Assembly: GCA_964016885.1 (NCBI GenBank) | Contig: OZ024761.1 | Location: 28,520,001-28,584,000 of the forward strand | Length of the DNA stretch: 64,000 nucleotides | Reading direction: 5' to 3' | Source: Eledone cirrhosa | Lineage: Eukaryota | In this document: in pieces, positions 1 through 11,190 of the stretch | Position numbering within the stretch: the stretch's first letter is position 1 | How the letters are laid out: each line of letters begins with the position of its first letter | Program-made: the position numbers and the translations under genes | The notes under the pieces: generated by a model | Databases searched by the model: none | What the model was told of the DNA's origin: nothing | What the model saw: only the letters and a program-made list of their open reading frames with translations

Positions 1-112
1 TGGAAAATATTTTTTTACTGTAGAGTGCTTCCAATCTACTGTAAAACTCATTCTTTGATGTATTCATTGAATCTTGTTTAACTCTTTAATATAGACATAT
101 ATATATATATAC

Positions 113-250
113 TAGTAGAACACTGGAGGGTTATATCCATAGTAGTAGAGCACTCAGTCCATGGGACGAGTTTGGTTAGCTGAAGATCCGCATATGGTGA
201 AACATTTGTTCTCGGTATGGTGAACTAACTGTTGTGGAACTACTTTTATA
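113..250. mobile_element. PLE pLTR-like fragment: inverted 3' terminus (113-170) joined to a sense fragment that starts just before an HHR
   Basis: 113-170 is the reverse complement of 18233-18287 (ctcgtcccatggactgagtgctctac...ccagtgttctac). 209-235 matches 18187-18213 (ttctYggtatggtgaactaactgttgtg). Flanked by (TA)n. Confidence 0.65.
178..213 (+). ncRNA. Minimal type I hammerhead ribozyme
   Basis: ag-CTGAAGA-tcc gcatat ggt-GAAA-catttg-TT-ct. Intact core, weak stem II, near-palindromic stem III, 2-bp stem I. Confidence 0.55.
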
Positions 251-278
251 TATATATATGTGTGTGTATGCATATATA

Positions 279-619
279 TCATCATCATCATCATTTCATT
301 TTACGTCCGCTTTTCCCCTGCTTGCAAGGGTGGGACGGGAACTGATGCTGGCTTGATTTCTACAGCTGGATGCCCTTTCTAACACCAACCTCATTTACAG
401 TGAGTGCTGGGTGCTTTTTTTGCCGTGGCACCTCCACGACCTCTTTGGAGTGGAATGATAGGGACCCCAGTCCCTATCATCTCATTTCTACAGCTGAGTA
501 AACTGGAGCAATGTGAAATAAAGTGTCTTGCTCAAGGAAACAACACATCACCTGGTCTAAGAATTGAACTCACAACCTTTCGATTGAAAGGCCAATGCTC
601 TAACCACTAAACATGTGCC
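279..619 (-). mobile_element. tRNA-derived SINE, family A, full length, (ATG)n tail
   Basis: Minus strand has an A-box-like ...ttagtgg, B-box gagttcaattc, core ccttgagcaagacactt, aRgggcatccagctgtagaaa, tail cggacgtaaaatga(tga)n. At least 7 copies in the window. Confidence 0.9.
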
Positions 620-696
620 TCATCTGTTGTATTTTTATACTTTACACACACACATATATATATGTGTGTGTGTAAAGTATATATATGTATATATAT

Positions 697-765
<69 letters not shown>

Positions 766-829
766 AATACACACATACATATATATATGTGTGTGTGTGT
801 AAAGTATAAAAATACAACAGATGATGAGG
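618..829. repeat. Inverted repeat with microsatellite centre
   Basis: tcatctgttgtatttttatactttacacacac (620-651) mirrors gtgtgtgtaaagtataaaaatacaacagatga (793-824). Confidence 0.8.
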
Positions 830-1117
830 TTCGATGAAGATATATATTAGTTTCACACTTAATATAATAGGAGTAGTCTTATATATATAGTTTAGGTGAT
901 TCAGTAAATTACTGGTGGTGGTATCGATAGACTTTGACAAGCTGATATATAAAACAGTTGATGCAGGATATTGGGAGTTGAATTGTCTGAAAATATACAT
1001 CGGATTAGCGGTTGTTTTAGGTGTGCTCATTTACAAATTAACAAAACACGTTTCAGTTACATAATAAATTCGATTGAGAAATTGGTGTAGTCATGTCATT
1101 TATTAATTTATATATAT

Positions 1118-1450
1118 GATGGCTGCAGACTCTGTTAAGAGTATTGTAATCGCTTGTCAGATTACAGAAAATGGTGTACTTTTAGGCTACGGTCAACCAC
1201 ATGAACTTGTAACAGATCCTGACCAGGCAATGCCTGTGCTTTGAAGGGTTTTTTTTAAGTGAGGAAAGGCCTTGCACTCGACCAATCCAACTCTCTGAGC
1301 ATCGAAAACATTACCCAAAAAGGAGAGCTGGTCAACATCATTGAAGGCTTCGGAAGCCGCAGGTTTTTTTTTCTTTTCATAGTTTCCCTCTCTTAGAAAG
1401 GTGTTGTGAAAACAACTGGGGGCCTTTCACTTCCAGGCAAAAAAAAAAAA
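1118..1450. repeat. Dispersed repeat, homologous to 6942-7290; possibly derived from an RTE 5' UTR
   Basis: Shared blocks in the same order: tgatggct, atcgctt, atgcctgtgctt, ttttaagtgRggaaaggc, ccaatcc, ctctctgaRcatc, ttacccaaa, acatcatt. Confidence 0.65.
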
Positions 1451-1709
1451 AGTACTATTTGGATAGCTGTTGACTACATATATATAAATATATAGATATA
1501 ATTGAATGGTTAGTACACTTTCCATCCATAGTTAATATGTTCATCACACTGGTGGTTTTAACTCCCTCATGATTGAACACATATGTACTCTCTATATGCT
1601 GATTTATAAAAAGCCTGGAATCTGTTCCTTGAGCTCATTGAATTATAGGGGATGATGTGAGCCTTTAACTCTACTAATTATTTTGATATATATATATATA
1701 TATATATAT

Positions 1710-1856
1710 AGGGTGGGTAAAATTCCCAAGATCCATGGACGAGTTCTCTCCAGCGGTCTCTGTCCTTCATCATCACTGCTACGTTCTGTGTCTCCAGGAG
1801 ACCAGTGTCTGTCTTTAGGGCATCAACATATGTCAACCTCGGTCTCGCTCATCTAG
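1710..1856 (-). mobile_element. RTE-clade LINE, 3' end of ORF (cut by the gap)
   Basis: Minus-strand translation ARPRLTYVDALKTDTGLLETQNVAVMMKDRDRWRELV matches the RTE C-terminal pattern RP..TY.D.L..DTG...M.DR..W. Confidence 0.75.
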
Positions 1857-2056
1857 NNNNNNNNNNNNNNNNNNNNNNNNNNNNNNNNNNNNNNNNNNNN
1901 NNNNNNNNNNNNNNNNNNNNNNNNNNNNNNNNNNNNNNNNNNNNNNNNNNNNNNNNNNNNNNNNNNNNNNNNNNNNNNNNNNNNNNNNNNNNNNNNNNNN
2001 NNNNNNNNNNNNNNNNNNNNNNNNNNNNNNNNNNNNNNNNNNNNNNNNNNNNNNNN
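1857..2056. other. Assembly gap (200 N)
   Basis: Run of N. Confidence 1.
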
Positions 2057-2067
2057 TACATACATAG

Positions 2068-2110
<43 letters not shown>

Positions 2111-2125
2111 TATGTATATATATAT

Positions 2126-2180
<55 letters not shown>

Positions 2181-2197
2181 GATATGTATATATATAT

Positions 2198-2252
<55 letters not shown>

Positions 2253-2257
2253 CAGAC

Positions 2258-2299
<42 letters not shown>

Positions 2300-2769
2300 G
2301 TACATATATATATATATATATATACACACACAAACATATATATATATATATATCTATATATATATATACATGCACATATACTGTATATATATATTTGTAT
2401 GCATGCATGCAAGCTTCCATGTATGTGTGCATATATACATGTATGTATATATGTATAATTTATGTATATATACATACATATATATGTATTTATGTGTATG
2501 TATGTATGTATGTACATAAAGAGCGTAGAGTATCTAAATGGAAAATAGCTGAGATAAAAATTAAAAGGAAAAGATGTAAGTAAGCAATGAAGGGGGTTCT
2601 GTTGTGACAAACAATAAAAATAGGGGATTTTTTGTTAAACCCTTACAATAGATAAATGTATTTTTAATAGGGAAGGTTTAATACGTGAATGTTTTTGCTA
2701 AACTGCCTTTATCACACATAATTGACCACAAAAGTATTATTGCTTAAGAATACTTTTATTCCTTCAAAC

Positions 2770-3780
2770 CTTTTAATGGATTCCAGTCATCAGACTCTTG
2801 CCATGCTGGAGCACTGCTTTAACCCTTTTAGTTACCAAACCTGGCCCAAACCGGCTCTGGTTCTTTGAAATAAAATCATTTATTATTCAAACCTTTTAAT
2901 GGATTCCAGTCAACAAAAAATAGCCATGCTGGAGCACTGCTTTAACCCTTTAGTTACCAAACCTGGCCCATTTTAAAGGTTTCCAGTTTAAATTGAAATT
3001 TTCAAATATAATTGTATATAAGAATGTTACATTAAATCACTATCTTAGTAATGAAATGATTAATAATTTTAGTAAATTATTCAAAGTTCTTTATGATTAA
3101 TTAAAATAGAGTGTATTCTATTGGAAATGCAGTCATGAAAGGGTTAAAAGAATTTAGTCTTTTAACATTTTAATGGTTTGTGTCATTAGACTGTGGCCAT
3201 GCTGGAACATTGCTTTAAAAGAATTGCTTTTTATTGAATGGTTCCAGTCATTAGACTGTGGCCATGCTGGAACACTGCTTTAAAAGAATTGCTTTATATT
3301 GAATGGTTCCAGGCATTAGACTGTGGCCATGCTGGAACACTGCTTTAAAAGAATTGCTTTTTACACAATGGTTTCAGTCATTAGACTGTGGCCATACTAG
3401 AGCAGTGCCTTTTACTATTTCAAGTTTCAGTCATTAGACTGTGACCATGCTGGAGCACTGCTTTAAAAGGATGTAGTCTTTCTATTCTAATGGTTTCAGT
3501 CTTTTGACTGTGACCATGCTGGAACATTGTTTTAAAAGCATTTAGTTTTTTACTATTTCAATAGTTTCAGTAATTAGACAGTGGCCATGCTGGAGCAATG
3601 CTTTAAAAAGGTTTAGCCTTTTACTATTTTAATAGTTTCAGTCATTAGACTGTGGCCATGTTGGAGCATTGCACTGCTTTAAATGGATTTAGTCTCTCAC
3701 TATTCTAATGGTTTCAGTCATTAGATTGTGTCCATACTGGAGCACCCCTTAAATAGATTTAGTTGCTTTAGCCTTTTAAT
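2770..3780 (+). repeat. About 58-65-bp degenerate minisatellite (roughly 12 units)
   Basis: Repeated tggtttcagtcattagactgtggccatgctggagcactgctttaaa. Confidence 0.9.
2942..3147. mobile_element. TTAA-flanked MITE (piggyBac-like ends)
   Basis: ttaa-cccttt...aaaggg-ttaa. Internal blocks (ttttaaaggtttcc, actatcttagtaatgaaat) recur at 49764-51091; ttttaaaggtttcc also recurs inverted at 14780-14867. Confidence 0.7.
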
Positions 3781-3806
3781 GGTGTGTATATGTATGAATG
3801 TTTGTG

Positions 3807-3860
<54 letters not shown>

Positions 3861-3925
3861 AATATATACATACATACACATATATACAAACATACATATG
3901 TATGTATGTGTATATATATACATAC

Positions 3926-3956
<31 letters not shown>

Positions 3957-4012
3957 TATATATACAAATAAGGTAAAAAGATTGCTGTAGTAGAATGCTG
4001 TAGTAGAAGTAG

Positions 4013-4227
4013 GAGGTGGAAGGGGAAGTGAGGAAGGGGAGGTGGAAGGGGAAGTGAGGAAGGGGAGGTGGAAGGGGAAGTGAGGAAGGGGGTGGAAGGG
4101 ATGGGTGGGGGGGTGGGGGGAAGTGAGGAAGGGGAGGTGGAAGGCGAAGTGAGGAAGGGGAGGTGGAAGGGGAGGTGAAAGGGGAAGTGAGGAAGGGGAG
4201 GTGGAAGGGGAAGTGAGGAGGGGGGGC
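4013..4227 (+). repeat. 26-bp G-rich purine minisatellite
   Basis: (ggaggtggaaggggaagtgaggaagg)n. Confidence 0.9.
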
Positions 4228-4601
4228 TAGAAATTACCATGATTGGATTGTCGTCTCTTCTATTATTTGATAGAGAAGACTATGTGGATGACCATGTTTA
4301 GGCAAACACACACTGTGATAGTGTAGCAGGGAGAGGATTTACTATACAATGACTGTGTGTGTGTGTGTGTGTGTGAAATTATACACACACACACACATAT
4401 ATATCTATATATATATAGACATACACACACACACTGTGATTTTGATGCAAGTAGCGGATTTACGAGCAAATGAATGACTGTATGTGTCTATATGTATATA
4501 TATCTACACACACACACACACGTGTGTGTGTATATATATATATATATACATATAAACATATATATATATATATATACGGACGTAAGACGGTGATGATGAT
4601 G

Positions 4602-4634
<33 letters not shown>

Positions 4635-4774
4635 TATACACAAACACATACATACACGCACATATATATGTACACACACATATAAACATGTATGTATACA
4701 CGCATACATATATATATATATGTATGTATGTACAAGCACAGATATATGCATACACACACATCCATGCACACCCC

Positions 4775-4820
<46 letters not shown>

Positions 4821-5069
4821 AACACGTACTTTTTTTAATTAGATAAATGATGTTAGGAAATTTCACATGGCTTATGGAATGTTCCAGGCCTCGATTTTGC
4901 TGATGAGTTGTGGGGGAGGATCAAGCTAGAGGGGTGGAGGTGACTGATTATATATATAGCGAGAGAAGATTAAACATTTAGGGTGAGCAGCATCGGGCAG
5001 GGGCAGTGATGGTAGGAGGGGGGTGGGGGCGGAGACATTTAGGGTGGTGGTCTTGGCAGTATGGTTAAG

Positions 5070-5545
5070 TGTGATGGTGGTGGTGGAGGTGATGATGATG
5101 GAGGTGGTGATGATGATGATGGAGGTGGTGGCGATGGAGGTGATGGATGTGATGATGGAGGTGGTGGTGGTGGTGGATGTGATGATGGAGGTGGTTATGA
5201 TGGAGGTGATGGTGGTGGTGATGGAGGTAGGGGTGATGGACGTGATGCTGGCAGCGGTGATGATGGAGAAGGTGATGATGGAGGTGGCGGTGATGGAGGC
5301 GGTGGTGATGATGGAGGTTGGCGGTGATGGAGGCGGTGATGATGGAGGTGGCGATGAGGAGGTTGTGATGATGGAGGTGGTGATGAGGAGGTTGTGATGA
5401 CGGAGGCCGTGATGATGGATGCGGTGTGGATGGAGGCAGTGGTGGAGGTGAGGATGTAGGTGATGACGCAGGTGATGATGGAGGCAGTGATGATAGAGGT
5501 GATGGTGATGGAGGTGGTGGTGGTGGAATTGGTGGTGGAATTGGT
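5070..5545. repeat. (GAT/GGT/GGA)n compound triplet microsatellite
   Basis: Direct observation. Confidence 0.9.
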
Positions 5546-5860
5546 GAGAGAAAGGGACGATATTTCCAAATACAAATCAATAATCTTGGGAATGTTCTCT
5601 TTGCCAGGAAGTATTTACCCAACCAATAGAATGGTAATCAAGAATGAATCTCGCCAGATTAAGAGACTTTTGCTGTCGTTGTTGGCTCAGAAATGGAGTT
5701 TTCTTTTAACGATTCATTATTTAATGGCAGGGATAAATGAGAAGAAAAAAATATTATGACAAAATATATAAATATATAGACATACACACATATATATATA
5801 TATATAAACATATGTATATGTTTATTTATATATATATATACATATAAACATATAAGTAGG

Positions 5861-5892
<32 letters not shown>

Positions 5893-5900
5893 TATATACA

Positions 5901-5931
<31 letters not shown>

Positions 5932-6129
5932 AGAGAGCGTGTGTATGGAGAGTGAGGAGGAGAGTGGGGAGAATAGAAAAAGGTGTGGAAATGATGAAAT
6001 TGGTAAAGTGTAGGGGTGGTTGGAATAAATAACCAAATATCTTGTTGAATGTAACGAGTAGGCTTCTATATGGTGATTAAATCACCTAGAAGTGGCAGCT
6101 GCTAAATAATTTCCCTCAAATCTCAACCC

Positions 6130-6657
6130 CCTCTAGTGCTGGTGCCATAATGTAAAGTGGTTAACTACATTATAAATCACAGACAATGTAGGGCAAAGAA
6201 GACCTCTTAAATGTGACCAAGGGCATGGCAAACCCTCTAGTGCTGGTGCTCTGATAAAATGTACCCACTACATTATGTAAAGTATTTGATGAACAAGCAA
6301 AGAAAATGTAGGGCAAAGAGGACCTCTTAAATGTGGCCAAGAGTGTGACAACCTCTTTAGTGGTGGTGCCCTGATAAAATGTACCCACTACATTATGTAA
6401 AGTATTTGATGAACAAGCAAAGAAAATGTAGGGCAAAGAGGACCTCTTAAATGTGGCCAAGAGTGTGACAACCTCTCTAGTGGTGGTGCCCTGATAAAAT
6501 GTACCCACTACATTATGTAAAGTATTTGATAAACAAGCAAAGAAAATGTAGGGCAAAGAGAACCTCTTAAATGTGGCCAAGAGTGTGACAACCTCTCTAG
6601 TAGTGGTGCCCTGATAAAATGTACCCACTACATTATGTAATTTATTTGATGAACAAT
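6130..6657. repeat. 120-bp tandem repeat, about 4 copies
   Basis: Sequence recurs at an exact 120-bp offset (ctgataaaatgtacccactacattatgtaa at 6251, 6371, 6491, 6611). Confidence 0.95.
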
Positions 6658-6736
6658 TATAGTTAATATATGTATTAAAAATTTGTAACTTACTCAATGA
6701 TTCTAAAAATAGATTATATATATATACATATATATA

Positions 6737-6880
6737 TCATCATCATCATCGTTTAACGTCTATCTTCCACGCTAGCATGGGTTAGACGGGAATTTTCCCA
6801 GTTGCGGCAAGATTGATCAGTTGACCATGTCAAGCTCGTATTGGACTGTATCTGGCAGGATGCCCTTCCTAACACCAACC
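6737..6880 (-). mobile_element. 3' fragment of a SINE A-related subfamily
   Basis: ggatgcccttcctaacaccaacc plus a (cat)n tail. Confidence 0.75.
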
Positions 6881-6941
6881 ATAGAGATATATACATGCAT
6901 ATATATGGATATATATATATATATATATATACATATATATA

Positions 6942-7290
6942 TGATGGCTCCAACTTGATTTCGAGCAATGCCATCGCTTGATACTTAAGCATGGGCATCA
7001 CAGGCGTGGTTTTTTAGTCCAGCTAGGGACTTGCCTATGGCCAGCCATGCCATGCATCACAAAAAAGAATCACATATCAAGCGATGCCTGTGCTTGAAGC
7101 TTTTTTAAGTGGGGAAAGGCTTTGCACAGAGCCAATCCCACTCTCTGAACATCAAATGCATTTACCCAAACAGAAGAAATGATCTACATCATTTGATGCA
7201 TATGAAGTCACAGGTTTTGTATCAGAGTGGCCTTCTTCTAGAGAGATGTCTTAATGAAGACTAGGAGTCTTTCTCTCCACAAAAACAAAA
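6942..7290. repeat. Dispersed structured repeat, homologous to 1118-1450
   Basis: Shared blocks as for 1118-1450. 12-bp internal stem catcgcttgata / tatcaagcgatg. Confidence 0.65.
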
Positions 7291-7333
7291 GCTTTATACA
7301 TACATACATACATAAATACATACATACACGTAC

Positions 7334-7408
<75 letters not shown>

Positions 7409-7538
7409 GCAAAAGTTTTATTTAAAATTGTTGGGTTACAACAAGTAAATATTTTATAACTGATATAAAGCACTCGACAAGTTTTGCAGTAGATATACGA
7501 TATTAAACAAATGGAAACTATATTTATAAAACCATATT

Positions 7539-7604
7539 TATTTCATTATACATATTTCGGGGATACCATATTAAAAATATGGCATGCCTTCTTCAGATAA
7601 AATA
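7539..7604 (-). ncRNA. Type I hammerhead ribozyme, intact core
   Basis: tattttat-CTGAAGA-aggcatgccatatt ttt aatatggtatcccc-GAAA-tatgta-TA-atgaaata. 8-bp stem I (one GU), long stem II. Confidence 0.75.
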
Positions 7605-7765
7605 CAATATATAAACAGTTTTATAAATAATTTTGACGTACCATAAATATTGAGCAACCGTTATGTAGGAAGCCGGTTTGGTAGTCTACCAAACCGGCTT
7701 CCTACATAACGGTTGCTCAATATTTATGGTACGTCAAAATTATTTATAAAACTGTTTATATATTG

Positions 7766-7831
7766 TATTTTATCTGGAGAAGGCATGCCATATTTTTAAT
7801 ATGGTATCCCCGAAATATGTATAATGAAATA
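7766..7831 (+). ncRNA. Mirror-copy HHR with core mutation (CTGGAGA)
   Basis: Mirror of 7539-7604 with A6G. Confidence 0.6.
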
Positions 7832-8062
7832 AATATGGTTTTATAAATATAGTTTCCATTTGTTTAATATCGTATATATATATTATATATATTTATTTAT
7901 TATCGAGCCCTCTTCAGATTTTAGTGTTCACATTTATTATTATCACTATATATATATAATGCAATGAAATACCAATGACCGTTGGCAAATCACTGATGAG
8001 GGACTCATTTTATAACATGTTATCCATGTGCAACCATGCAGTATTCTTCTCCCCATATTTTT

Positions 8063-8117
<55 letters not shown>

Positions 8118-8296
8118 ATAATACTATTTATAATTATGTATATACTATAAACAACTATAAACAGGAAAGGTCAGTAATTTCCTACTACCTTATTACCAGT
8201 AAGAGAAATAGCTCAATGTAAGAACATCAGGTGTTTTACAGAGCAGGAAATAAATAAATTATACAATTATCAAAGTTGTGTTCAAATCATTTAATA

Positions 8297-8341
8297 GCTG
8301 ACAATCGTTTCTTCCAAACTCTCGTTTGGAGTCATCAGAGC
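8297..8341 (-). ncRNA. Minimal type I hammerhead ribozyme
   Basis: gct-CTGATGA-ctccaaac gaga gtttggaa-GAAA-cgattg-TC-agc. GNRA-capped stem II, GUC cleavage triplet. Confidence 0.85.
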
Positions 8342-9055
8342 ATTATCAATGTTTGTACATGTAATTAACCTCCTATTCAACTGAACAATAATATAGATAC
8401 ATATATATTGATGTTGTGAGCAACAGTTTCTTATTTACAGGGTGGAATGTATGTGACATATATTTTACGAGAATTGTACAAAAATTCAAATTCAAATTCA
8501 AATTAAAAGCTCAGAGTGGAACAGATAATACAAGAGAATAGTATAATAATTAAAGAGGCATTGAGAAAGGAGCTTTGAGAAAGAAAGAGTACATTAGCAA
8601 TACATATGCAGGCGTGTAGAAAGTGCACATGCGTTAGTCATATATATGAGAAGGAAATAAGCAAAGTTATTATGCATATATAGATAAATAAATACTGTAT
8701 TTTAAGCAAATATGTTAATGTATTAAATTCTATGATGTATATAGTATGTTGATAGTGTTTGAATTTGTGTGTGTTGAGGAGAACAAAGTTATTGCAGTCT
8801 TTTCCATTACATATGTTGAATTATATTTTAGTTAATGTTTATATTGAATGTTTTAAGTTATTTAAAGCAATGGATTGTAAATTAGTGTTATTGTATTCTT
8901 ATTCATGGACTATAGTTGTTCAAAAGCTAGATTTTCCAACGGTTAATTTCCGGAAGTGAGTAAGGGGAGGTTACTAGTTAATTAAATTCAGGTATTTAAA
9001 TGCTTTGCTCCTATACACATTATAATGTGATACAACTGAGTCTCTATTACATAAT

Positions 9056-9237
9056 TGTTTCTACTTTAGGTACAAGGCCAGCAATTACCCAGTACATTAC
9101 TGGTACTTTATTTTATCGACCCCGTAAAGATGAAAGGCAAAGTTAACCTCGGCGGGATTTGAACTCAGACTGTACAGGGACGTAACTATGCTAGAAAACA
9201 TGGCGTCCAACCCTCTACCGATACTGCCAATTCACCC
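9056..9237 (-). mobile_element. SINE family D with 17-bp TSD
   Basis: Minus strand B-box gagttcaaatccc, ttaactttgcctttcatc, ggtcgataaaataaagtaccag. TSD agtctctattacataat at 9039-9055 and 9238-9254. Confidence 0.9.
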
Positions 9238-9688
9238 AGTCTCTATTACATAATGCTACATATTTATACTTGATTTTAAATACAGTGTATTTTACTATAA
9301 CTCATTAAAGGTCCCTTTAGATTGTTATCTATTCATTACTGGACGAGATATATGTTATGGAAAATTGTATAGCTGTTTATATGTTCAAATAGATATATCA
9401 TTTGTGTAATAATATACATTATTGTTTTAAAAGTTAATCCCTTATATACAATGCTATTACATTATATATTTAATTATAAATGTATATATACTTTATTATT
9501 ATTATATTGTGTTAAAGGTAGATCCATTATATACATGTTATTAATTTAAATATTTAATTATATAATTATAAATGTATATATAGTTTATTATTACATATTA
9601 CATTAAATGTCTCTACATATTAAATATCCATTACTTTATATAATATAATTAAGCTATAGTAGTTATATCATGTACAAACACTGATAAT

Positions 9689-9733
9689 GCTCCGATGACT
9701 CCAAACGAGAGTTTGGATGAAACGCTTGTCAGC
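9689..9733 (+). ncRNA. Inverted-copy HHR with U4C core change
   Basis: gct-CCGATGA-ctccaaac gaga gtttggat-GAAA-cgcttg-TC-agc. Lies in an ~113-bp inverted repeat (9669-9781) of 8249-8361. Confidence 0.7.
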
Positions 9734-9969
9734 TATTAAATGATTTGAACACAACTTTGATAATTGTCTAATTTATTTATTTATTTATTTTAATATATAT
9801 ATATATTATATATTATTAATATATATATATATTATATATATTATATATTATTATTTGTTTTACTCTCTTAATTTTTTGGCTCTGTTTAACTGCATTGAGC
9901 TATACCTTTTACTGTCATTTCTATAATACGAAGAGGGTGTTTGACTCAAACACGCTCCAGTATTCTAAT

Positions 9970-10003
<34 letters not shown>

Positions 10004-10010
10004 GCACACG

Positions 10011-10043
<33 letters not shown>

Positions 10044-10391
10044 GCATATATATATACACACACACACCCAACTAAACAACAATACACTCATATACATATA
10101 TTAATTCGTCGTCGTCGTCGGCAGCAGCAGCAGCAGCTAATAGCTGCATGATGTTTCCTCAGCTCCATAGACTACATAAGTAATCCATATTAAGAACAGA
10201 TGCTAGTTATATACATTATCAGAGACAATAAAACATTGTGTGTACATATATATATATATGTATATATATAATATATATATATATGTATGTATATAATATA
10301 TATATATATGTGTGTGTGTATATATAATATATATGTATATATATATATGTGTGTGTGTATATATAATATATATGTATATGTATATATGATG

Positions 10392-10449
<58 letters not shown>

Positions 10450-10791
10450 ATATATAAGCAGGGAAAAGCAGACGTAAAATGATGATGATGATATATATAT
10501 ATATATGTGTGTGTATAACTATATGTATATATGTTTATATACATATACTACATATACATATATAATTATACACAGATTCATATATATATATATTCATTTA
10601 AAGCTCCTTTTCAATGATATATATATATGTGAAGTATTTCCGTCGAGCAGAAACATGGTATATTCTGATGTACATTTGCAGTAACTGCAGGAAGGAACTC
10701 AATATATGAAACAGGTGTTATATTATTTATAATCTATGATATATATAATGTGTGTGCGTATGTATATATATGTATATATATATATATATGT

Positions 10792-11156
10792 AGATAAATC
10801 TACCAAAATATACGGTAGTGTCCAATCCGTATGAAGAACTCAACGTAATCCAAATATCATGAAAAGAAAAGATGTATTCAAAAATTTTTTTGATGAAAAT
10901 CACAGGAAAACAGAATCAAGATAAATTAATAAAAACAATGAATAAAAACAAAGAAACAGTTCCTTATATTAGAAATCTGAAGACAGCATATATATGTGTA
11001 GGTATGTATATTCCCTCTGATAGTTTGTAAAATTTTTACATAGATCTATATGATATACATACCAACACACACATATATATCCTAGAAACGATCGTAAAAT
11101 GATGAAATTTTTAATATAAGGAACTGTTTCTTTGTTTTTATTCATTGTTTTTATTA

Positions 11157-11160
<4 letters not shown>
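10792..11160. mobile_element. PLE pLTR fragment in fold-back arrangement; same family as 63022-63300
   Basis: 10923-10976 is inverted at 11107-11161. agataaatctacca...ggtag...ccgtat.aagaactcaa.gtaatcca and gaaacgatcgtaaaat are shared with the 63 kb element. Confidence 0.75.
10977..11100 (+). ncRNA. HHR with ~100-nt stem II; 5' strand of stem I lost at the inversion junction
   Basis: CTGAAGA...atatatatgtgt/acacatatatat, ggtatgtatat/atatacatacc...GAAA-cgatcg (palindrome)-TA-aaat. Confidence 0.65.

Positions 11161-11188
<28 letters not shown>

Positions 11189-11190
<2 letters not shown>

Larger units (their letters stand above)
7493..7877. repeat. 385-bp near-perfect palindrome carrying two divergent HHRs
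   Basis: Arms mirror about position 7685 (ggtttggtag-t-ctaccaaacc). Only one mismatch noticed (ctgaaga vs ctggaga). Confidence 0.95.

Noticed and set aside
2770-3780. CRISPR-like repeat/spacer appearance (also 29470-30032)
   Set aside because: Intervening segments are homologous to each other, the context is eukaryotic, and there are no cas genes.
6170-6697. 175-aa ORF with 40-aa repeats
   Set aside because: It follows from a 120-bp tandem unit divisible by 3; no recognisable domain or splice signals.
7990-8010. tcaCTGATGAgggact, similar to the 16058 HHR
   Set aside because: Only the 5' half is present; no downstream GAAA or stem III.
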